A stretch of DNA of 32,380 nucleotides from Candidatus Omnitrophota bacterium (GTDB lineage: Bacteria > Omnitrophota > Gorgyraeia > Gygaellales > Profunditerraquicolaceae): the NCBI GenBank assembly GCA_030691585.1, contig JAUYEC010000160.1, positions 1 through 32,380 of the forward strand. Reading direction: 5' to 3'. The notes under the pieces were generated by a model. That model worked only from the letters and a program-made list of their open reading frames with translations, was not told where the DNA came from and made no database searches. Each line of letters opens with the position of its first letter. Within the stretch, counting starts at the first letter, position 1. The position numbers were made by a program, and so were the translations under genes. Shown piece after piece: positions 6,937 to 13,960 of the stretch.

Positions 6937-6978
6937 AAAAAAGGCTGGCCTTCCGAAAGTTGATTCGGAAAACCAGCC
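6937..6978 (-). terminator. Intrinsic terminator-like hairpin directly upstream of the rep start codon
   Basis: Minus strand GGCTGGTTTTCCGAA-tcaact-TTCGGAAGGCCAGCC followed by TTTTTT. Confidence 0.75.
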
Positions 6979-7045
6979 CAGTTTTGCTCTGATCTATTGT
7001 TCAGACCGAGGTTACTGCGACTGCTAATTAAAATCTACTGTCTAA

Positions 7046-7074
7046 AAGTTACACTATATTCTTTTAATTGTCAA
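7046..7074 (-). promoter_or_regulatory. Putative sigma70 promoter for rep
   Basis: TTGACA-17 bp-TAACTT on the minus strand. Confidence 0.55.
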
Positions 7075-7137
7075 GTTTTATTTTTGCGCAGTTATATTTC
7101 TGGCATATCAAGTCGCAAAAAAATGTTCTCCTGCTTT

Positions 7138-10100
7138 TTAATTATTAGTTTCTTTTTCGTACAAGTCTTCAATATAGACCGTAGAGGTAACCAGCGAGCT
7201 GTTGGTAACGGTTTTTTTCACTCTTTTACCATCACCATCATAGATGAACTCAGTTTTGCTGCCATCTTTGGTGATACTGACCGGCCTGTTTTCAGGGTCA
7301 TATGCAATTGACCTGCCGGCGCCGGACGTCATATTGCCGCAAGTATCATAGGCGTAGCTGTTTTTACCGTCATTAGTTAGAGCGTGGATTTTTGAAGCGT
7401 GATAACTCTGCCCCGCGCCGTTTGCCTTCATAATATTTCCGATGGCGTTATATTCATAAGTATTCCCATCCCCCGAGACCAACCTGTCCAGGCCGTCATA
7501 AGCATAATCCTTGGTATAAGAATGCGCCGCATCCGTAATCTTAACTATATTGCCAACCTTATCGTAGGCGTAAGTTAAATCCTGCAGAGATCCGGTTAAA
7601 ATCGATTTTAGCCTTTGATTTTCAGGGTAATAGCCATACCTGGTAACAAAATTGTTTGAAAAAGTAACCGCGGCCGGCTGCGTTGAAGCATTATAATCCG
7701 CGCTTAGCACAAAGTTATCGATAGATTCAGGCAATCCGGCATTGTTATAAGTAAATTTTACTTCTTTTAAGTTGGGAAAAATAATGGACTTGATCCTGTT
7801 CATCGCATCGTAACTCCACTGCACGACGTAAGGATTATCGGCCCCGACAGTCTTGTCTAATTCCGTAACCCTACCCTCTAAATCATATTGCCACTGGCTG
7901 CTGCCTGAAAGGTCTTTCATACCGGTGCGCCTGCCTATGCCGTTTGTAGAAGAGGCTTCGTCATAACTATACGTAACTTCTATTCCCGGCTGACCGGAAT
8001 AATCCTTGGTTATCATCCGGTTAAGCGCGTCATAAGTAAAATTAACGACCTGTCCGGAGCCATCGACAAATTTCACGAGATTACCGTTATTATCATAATC
8101 ATAATTCCACGTACCCAAATCGGGGTCAACCATCTTTGTCCTGCGCCTTAAGGTATCATATGAAAATTCAAATTTATTTCCAGGATGGTCGGTGATCTGA
8201 ACAAGGTCATCAAGGCAATCATATTTATATGTGGTAGAATATTCTTCTGAACCGTTTTTTTCCTTCACTTGCGACAATAAACCGTAAGCGTCCTTTATGA
8301 AGGTTTTTTGATGACCGTTTTCATCGGTTATGGCCGTGTTCCAGCCGTCATAGGAATTATTGATCGTGCCTGAATCGGGCTTAATAATTGAAGTTATCCT
8401 GCCGATCGCGTCATAGGAGTATTGAGTCCATCCAGGCGCCCCATCGGCTAAGTGATAAGTTTTCCTTAAGCCGCCGTCTTTAAAATAAGGCAGGGAAGCT
8501 TTGTCTATCTCTCCCCTTGGATTATAAACGGTAGTAATGTAACTATAAATATTGGCGTCTTTACCTTCCCTGCCGGTCTGAATCACCCTTTCGAAACCGT
8601 CCAGAATATCAATTTTTATAAGGTGGTTGGCAGTGCCGCTAACTTCTGTGGTGCGGGTCAAAATATAATTCGACCCCGCTCCGTTGATCCCGTATTCATA
8701 AGATTCCGAGCCATACGTTGAATACAAATCATATGGCCCGGAGATTTTTGTTTTCCTGCCGAAACCGTCATATTCAAAACCGGTTTCATTTCCATTAGGA
8801 TCAATTTTGGATTTTATCTGCCCGAAAAGGCCTTTTGGATCGGAAGACATATAATAGGAAGTTTTTTCAGGCTGGCCTTTGGCGTTGGTCAATAAAACAG
8901 GAAAAGCATGATACGTTGAATCATAATCCACCTTCGTAACATTTCCGTTGGCGTCGGTTTTAGTAATTTCGTTGCCGTATGCGTCATAGGCCGACGTAGC
9001 CTGGATATAATTATTCATTGTATTAAGATATCTTTTTATCGCGGTTAAGTCTCCTTTTACGGGCGCATTGGAATAGCTGGAATTATTATCGTAAAAATAT
9101 TGCGTCTCGGACGCGGGCGTGCCTGTCCCGGTTAAACCGGAAAACACGCGTTCACGGGAAGGCAAATTTAGCAACCACGAGGATGTATTTAAGCTATAGT
9201 CGGTGAAAATGACCCTTTCATCCCCGGGAACATCACTATCTCCGTAAAATAATGTTTTTATCACATTGCCGTAATCATCATATTCATATGCGGTCCTGCG
9301 ACATTTAGAATCCGTATATTGATCGGACTGAATAAGCGGAGTAAAATATGGGGCAGAACTATCTTCTTTATAGGTATTCAAGATTCTGGTAATTGCATTT
9401 TCCTGCCGCTCAATCTTGCCCAACCTGGAATCATCCTGGTGATAATAGAGATGTGTAATGTTGTTTAGAGGATCAGTTACCTGCACATGACGGAAGCCCC
9501 TAAAGATCTTATTCTGCGTATCATATGAGCCGCCGTCATAAGCATAAGTAGTTATGCCTGCGATAGAGACGCCTATCCCAGGATCAGAAACAGAAGAATA
9601 CAACACCGGCAGGGAAAAAGGAAAGGTTGAGCCGCCGCAGTCTCTAGGATTCTTGTAATAAAAACTGGTTTTCCCGCCATAGCGGTTAATTACCTCTTTT
9701 AAAAGGTCGTCCTGGGCGGCTTCTAATCTGCAAGGAGTAAAGCTGTTTTCTTTTACCTTAAGACAGTCAACGACCCCATCCTTATCGCAATCAAAAAATA
9801 ACACATCTCTATCCTCGCTTTTCCAGGGGGGTTGGCTATTGAGCTGAAGCATCGGCCCAAAACCCTGACCATTACCCAAATGGCATTTATAGACCAACCC
9901 TCCTCCCCATTGATCATATTTACCGCAGACAAGGTCGGCAAAACCGTCTTTATTAATGTCAAAAACCTTTGTCGAAAGCCAAAACAAATTAAAACCGGCA
10001 TCAGAAGAGATATCTCTAATCTGGCCGTCCCATCCTGAACCATCGGCCAGCATATAATGCAGCTCAAAACCGGTATTTTGCGTAGCGCCGGCTTTACTAC

Positions 10101-11634
10101 AGAGAAAATCCGCCAGGCCGTCTCCGTTAAGGTCTGCAAGGCAACCCACATGGTTATAACACTGACCGTTATAACAGTGCCCGTTTTTGCCGAGTTGAAA
10201 ATAAAAAGGCAGGTTAGTAAAAAGCCGCACCGGATCATTCCAACCGCTGCCGTTGCCATAACAGACAGAGACATTTACCGAACTCATCGTAGCTCCCACA
10301 ATCTTTGCCTGGACAATATCTATGTATTTATCATTATTAACAAAGGCCAGCTGATTATGGGCATAGATCAAACTTAAATCATTGTTCCAGGCCTGGGTGT
10401 TCTCAATAACTACAGGCCCATTCCATCCGTCTCCGGTATTAAACCATACCTGATAATGCGCTGAGCCGGGCCCGATAGTAGGATTACTCCTGATAATGTC
10501 ATCCCGGCCGTCTCCGTTAACGTCTCCCAACTGAATATTGGCGGTGCCGGAATTGCTATATGGGAACCCGTAAGTCTTCACCGGGCCCCAGCCTCCATCT
10601 TGCCACAAGGCCACCTGGATTGTGGAATTAGAGATTTTGAATAAGTCGGGAAAACCGTCGCCGTTGATATCGCCCACGCGCGTATATGCGTCGCTGATAT
10701 CCCAGGGAGCGGGAGAGGCGAGGCGGCGCGCGGAATCAAAATTAATCGTGTTGGCGGCATAATTAAATTCCGCTATTTTAAGGCGGCTGTTTGCGTCCTT
10801 TGCGATCTCATCAACTTGCTTGAGCAGGCTTTTTGAGCTATTTGGGCTGTAAGTATAGGTAAAATCATACCTCTTATATAAAGAGCCTTCTACCAAGACA
10901 TCAATATAATCCACCCTGTAATTATATCTTACCGTCCTGCCGGAAGCGTTATCCGGATAAGTATCACTTCGGCCCTCATAATGGAATTCGACCGTCCTAT
11001 ATTTATTTAAATCGTTTCCTTTTGTGTATGTGATTGTTTCTATATAGCCGGTATAATCGCTTGAGATATAAGATATTTCCATAAAATTCCCATGCGTATC
11101 GGTTACCTTAGTAAGATAATAATTAAGCTCTCCGGCATTATAGTTATATTCGTATTTTGTGCCGTCTCTGTCTATTATCGCCCATTTACTGCCGGATTTA
11201 GTTATCTTTAAGTAAGACTCAAGCTTAGTGCGGAATTCTCCGTTACCGATGCCAACCAATTCAGATACAGTGTCATTCAACTGCAGGATAAATATATCGC
11301 TGTCGTTAAAATCCGGACGCTTAAGCCTAAGGCTGCGGGTAATCCTGCCTAAATCGATATTCCAGCCGACTCCTGCGCTGCTATTACCGTTGCCGGAAAA
11401 ATAACGCAAGACCAGCTGCGGCTGTATTCCGCTCGTGCCCGGGGCAACCTCCAAAGGAATAGAATAAGTTACTGCGCCGCTAAACTTATTATGCTGGAAA
11501 TTCTCTATTCCCACTGAACCCATTAACGAACCCAGGGCGGGAAAGGTATCGGTAGTGACGTCGGCGCGGGAGGAAAACGCCACAGTCAAGATTGAAAAAA
11601 TCAGAATAAAAATAATTCGCATCATTTTCGCCAT
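7138..11634 (-). CDS. Secreted SpvB / FG-GAP(VCBS) / TcdB-mid / YD-repeat protein lacking the RHS core ('shell')
   Basis: Signal peptide (MMRIIFILIFSILTVAFSSRA); SpvB-like SGAVTYSIPLEVAPG...GVGWNI; DxNGDGxxD repeats; FRGFRHV; many YD repeats; ends at YIEDLYEKETNN with no DPxG core. Confidence 0.9.
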   Translation of the reverse strand: MAKMMRIIFILIFSILTVAFSSRADVTTDTFPALGSLMGSVGIENFQHNKFSGAVTYSIPLEVAPGTSGIQPQLVLRYFSGNGNSSAGVGWNIDLGRITRSLRLKRPDFNDSDIFILQLNDTVSELVGIGNGEFRTKLESYLKITKSGSKWAIIDRDGTKYEYNYNAGELNYYLTKVTDTHGNFMEISYISSDYTGYIETITYTKGNDLNKYRTVEFHYEGRSDTYPDNASGRTVRYNYRVDYIDVLVEGSLYKRYDFTYTYSPNSSKSLLKQVDEIAKDANSRLKIAEFNYAANTINFDSARRLASPAPWDISDAYTRVGDINGDGFPDLFKISNSTIQVALWQDGGWGPVKTYGFPYSNSGTANIQLGDVNGDGRDDIIRSNPTIGPGSAHYQVWFNTGDGWNGPVVIENTQAWNNDLSLIYAHNQLAFVNNDKYIDIVQAKIVGATMSSVNVSVCYGNGSGWNDPVRLFTNLPFYFQLGKNGHCYNGQCYNHVGCLADLNGDGLADFLCSKAGATQNTGFELHYMLADGSGWDGQIRDISSDAGFNLFWLSTKVFDINKDGFADLVCGKYDQWGGGLVYKCHLGNGQGFGPMLQLNSQPPWKSEDRDVLFFDCDKDGVVDCLKVKENSFTPCRLEAAQDDLLKEVINRYGGKTSFYYKNPRDCGGSTFPFSLPVLYSSVSDPGIGVSIAGITTYAYDGGSYDTQNKIFRGFRHVQVTDPLNNITHLYYHQDDSRLGKIERQENAITRILNTYKEDSSAPYFTPLIQSDQYTDSKCRRTAYEYDDYGNVIKTLFYGDSDVPGDERVIFTDYSLNTSSWLLNLPSRERVFSGLTGTGTPASETQYFYDNNSSYSNAPVKGDLTAIKRYLNTMNNYIQATSAYDAYGNEITKTDANGNVTKVDYDSTYHAFPVLLTNAKGQPEKTSYYMSSDPKGLFGQIKSKIDPNGNETGFEYDGFGRKTKISGPYDLYSTYGSESYEYGINGAGSNYILTRTTEVSGTANHLIKIDILDGFERVIQTGREGKDANIYSYITTVYNPRGEIDKASLPYFKDGGLRKTYHLADGAPGWTQYSYDAIGRITSIIKPDSGTINNSYDGWNTAITDENGHQKTFIKDAYGLLSQVKEKNGSEEYSTTYKYDCLDDLVQITDHPGNKFEFSYDTLRRRTKMVDPDLGTWNYDYDNNGNLVKFVDGSGQVVNFTYDALNRMITKDYSGQPGIEVTYSYDEASSTNGIGRRTGMKDLSGSSQWQYDLEGRVTELDKTVGADNPYVVQWSYDAMNRIKSIIFPNLKEVKFTYNNAGLPESIDNFVLSADYNASTQPAAVTFSNNFVTRYGYYPENQRLKSILTGSLQDLTYAYDKVGNIVKITDAAHSYTKDYAYDGLDRLVSGDGNTYEYNAIGNIMKANGAGQSYHASKIHALTNDGKNSYAYDTCGNMTSGAGRSIAYDPENRPVSITKDGSKTEFIYDGDGKRVKKTVTNSSLVTSTVYIEDLYEKETNN

Positions 11635-11692
11635 CCTTTTAGCCTTTTCATTACATACTCATCCATATTGTAGGATTCTGGCATTCTCCAAA

Positions 11693-11983
11693 TTACATAA
11701 AGCGTGCGCCGTAGTCATACAGGCCGGTGGAATCACCAAGTTCTTTACCGGTGAATTTGCGCTTGATGGTTTTAGGGCCTTCTTCTACCTTGGTTTCGCC
11801 ATATGGCTTATATTCAAGATATTTGACAAGCTGGGCGGTTGCATCGGTGACTACGGAAGTTGAGCCGAGGTGGTCGAGGGCCGTCGCTACCGAAGAACCT
11901 GGGGACTTATTCAAAGGAAGGTACCCCTGAAGGCTACCGAAGATAAGAGTTGTAGATAATAGTAAGTTAATAATGTTAGTCAT
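11693..11983 (-). CDS. Truncated RHS-core cassette (leader + partial core, no toxin); possible pseudogene
   Basis: Near-identical to the N-terminus of 12414-13409; stops after YDYGARFM. Confidence 0.75.
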   Translation of the reverse strand: MTNIINLLLSTTLIFGSLQGYLPLNKSPGSSVATALDHLGSTSVVTDATAQLVKYLEYKPYGETKVEEGPKTIKRKFTGKELGDSTGLYDYGARFM

Positions 11984-12019
11984 AGCCTATTCTGGAATTA
12001 AGTAGCATGCCCGGAATTC
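11712..12019. repeat. 308-bp direct repeat, copy A (upstream motif + leader + RHS core start)
   Basis: Aligns without gaps to 13138-13445; the core portion also aligns to 14664-14834. Confidence 0.92.
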
Positions 12020-12067
12020 CAAACCATAATTTAGGGGTCATGTAGACTATCATTCTAATTGTTTTTA

Positions 12068-12409
12068 TCATGGCATAGTGATATAAAAACCTAACCGCCC
12101 TAAGATCGGTGCCAAAATATACATGTTAAAGAAAAAAGATATACCAATTAATATAATTATTTGTAGAAAGCTAGCTAAAATACTTAATACAACCAACACG
12201 ATTCTATTTATTTTTGGTATAATTCTGAATAAATAACCAGTTGTCCCAACAAAAACCAATGTACTTATTAAGATAATAACCCCTAACCCAAACTTCTCAG
12301 ATATTCTACCGCTACCCCCTTGGCCTAATAGTACATCTGCGACAAAAACAATGGAATCAAGACTTATACAAATTAAATAACCGACGAGATTTACTTTAAA
12401 CCATTGCAT
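12068..12409 (-). CDS. Putative membrane immunity protein (about 3 TM helices)
   Basis: Hydrophobic 113-aa, AT-rich ORF starting 4 bp after the toxin stop. Confidence 0.7.
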   Translation of the reverse strand: MQWFKVNLVGYLICISLDSIVFVADVLLGQGGSGRISEKFGLGVIILISTLVFVGTTGYLFRIIPKINRIVLVVLSILASFLQIIILIGISFFFNMYILAPILGRLGFYITMP

Positions 12410-12413
12410 AAGT

Positions 12414-13409
12414 TTACTCCTTTAACGGAATGGGTTTATCAGCCCCGGGTTGCCACCCGGACAGATTAGGGATATTAGATATTTTAGCATCTTTTAGTAC
12501 TCCATAAGTATACGCATTACTATTGTAAAATGGGTCGAATCGCCAAGGAGTCGGATCGTATGGTAAATTATCTTTATATTTATTAGCCGAAGTAATAATA
12601 TCTTTTATTAACTGTGTATCAGAACGTTTCTCAGGATCTAAAATTCGCTGACTATTCTTTAAATTGGAAGGGCTATCCCCGGCTATGCTGGGATAGGATT
12701 TTAAGTTACCGAAAAGAGGGCTTTTAAAAGTTGATTTCCAATTTGGGTTTGCACTTAAAGTAGCTTCCAGTCCGCCTTTAGAATTCGTATACCATTTAGT
12801 GCTTGCATCATTTTTGAAATCATTGGGATTATCAGGATGAAGAACAACTACGGTATGACTACCAACGCTTATACCAAATACCTTTACTGGCTTTTCTTCC
12901 AAAGCTACCCACAGTCCCGTCGGATCAATGTAACTGATAGGATTATTTAAACAATAACTATATCTGTTTAAATTCTGCGGATTATATAAAAGAGCGATGA
13001 GAAGATTTTGTTCTTGAATGTTTCTAATACGAAAACTTATGGAATCTCTAAGTATATTTTGTTTTTGAAGCAGAAATATATCTATTGGGTCGGGAGTAAT
13101 GAATCTTCCAATCGTGGGGTCATACAACCTAGCTGAATAGTCATACAAGCCGGTGGAATCATCCAGCTCCTTGCCGGTGAATTTGCGCTTGATGGTTTTA
13201 GGGCCTTCTTCTACCTTGGTTTCGCCATATGGCTTATATTCAAGATATTTGACAAGCTGGGCGGTTTCATCGGTGACTACGGAAGTTGAACCGAGGTGGT
13301 CGAGGGCCGTCGCTACCGAAGAACCTGGGGACTTATTCAAAGGAAGGTACCCCTGGAGACTGCCAAAGATAAGGGTTGTAGATAATAGTAAGTTAATAAT
13401 GTTAGTCAT
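12414..13409 (-). CDS. Leader peptide + RHS repeat-associated core + C-terminal toxin domain
   Basis: DHLGS...YKPYGE...FTGKELD...ARLYDPTIGRFITPDP...NRYSYCLNNPISYIDPTG, then a ~165-aa variable tip with H...YNSN. Confidence 0.88.
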   Translation of the reverse strand: MTNIINLLLSTTLIFGSLQGYLPLNKSPGSSVATALDHLGSTSVVTDETAQLVKYLEYKPYGETKVEEGPKTIKRKFTGKELDDSTGLYDYSARLYDPTIGRFITPDPIDIFLLQKQNILRDSISFRIRNIQEQNLLIALLYNPQNLNRYSYCLNNPISYIDPTGLWVALEEKPVKVFGISVGSHTVVVLHPDNPNDFKNDASTKWYTNSKGGLEATLSANPNWKSTFKSPLFGNLKSYPSIAGDSPSNLKNSQRILDPEKRSDTQLIKDIITSANKYKDNLPYDPTPWRFDPFYNSNAYTYGVLKDAKISNIPNLSGWQPGADKPIPLKE

Positions 13410-13445
13410 AGTCTATTTTCGAATTAAGTAGCATGCCCGGAATTC
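13138..13445. repeat. 308-bp direct repeat, copy B
   Basis: See 11712-12019. Confidence 0.92.
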
Positions 13446-13463
13446 GCGCTATTTCAGTGTTCA

Positions 13464-13904
13464 TTACTTTTCTACCCAAATTTCTAGCATGCACTCGCTT
13501 TCTTTGCCAAGTCCAGGTATAGTCTCTCTAAATTTCTGCTTAACATAAGTTATATATATAAACTTACCTTCTTTATATAAATCCGCCATTTGAGAACGAG
13601 TTAATGAACTGCCTGGAATTTCTGATGTCTGTCTAGCCCATGATGACTTCTCTAAACCAGTTTCAATTTCAAACTCTTCATAATCGTTGTGTCCTGATTT
13701 AAAAACACGAGAAATTGTTCCTTCGATAGCGTGGGTTTTAATTACACCGCCATTCACTGCCTGCCACCATTCCTTAGAGCCAAATAAGCCATATTCTGGA
13801 ACCAAACCAAACTTTTTAGTGTTTAAAGTTGCTTTTTGTATATCTGAAATGTAGTCTTGGTCATATCTTAAATCGTAAATTTGTATTAAGTTGTTTTTTT
13901 CCAT
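13464..13904 (-). CDS. Putative soluble immunity protein
   Basis: 146-aa AT-rich ORF directly downstream of the 840-aa toxin, with a GGAGAAGG RBS; family not recognised. Confidence 0.65.
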   Translation of the reverse strand: MEKNNLIQIYDLRYDQDYISDIQKATLNTKKFGLVPEYGLFGSKEWWQAVNGGVIKTHAIEGTISRVFKSGHNDYEEFEIETGLEKSSWARQTSEIPGSSLTRSQMADLYKEGKFIYITYVKQKFRETIPGLGKESECMLEIWVEK

Positions 13905-13960
13905 ATAGCCTTCTCCACAATTTTTTTCAATTTATTATTATTTGATTTAATTCCTCCGTA

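Larger units (their letters stand above)
4742..7075 (-). mobile_element. Integrative phage/satellite-like core module (int, XRE, xis-like, ori, rep); distal boundary not determined
   Basis: Gene set, visibly AT-rich composition relative to the flanks, and abutment to a tRNA. Confidence 0.8.

Noticed and set aside
6997-7140. Frameshifted continuation of the RHS shell into a core domain
   Set aside because: No DHLGS, GKE or DPxG motif is visible downstream of the stop; the region is AT-rich intergenic DNA with a promoter.
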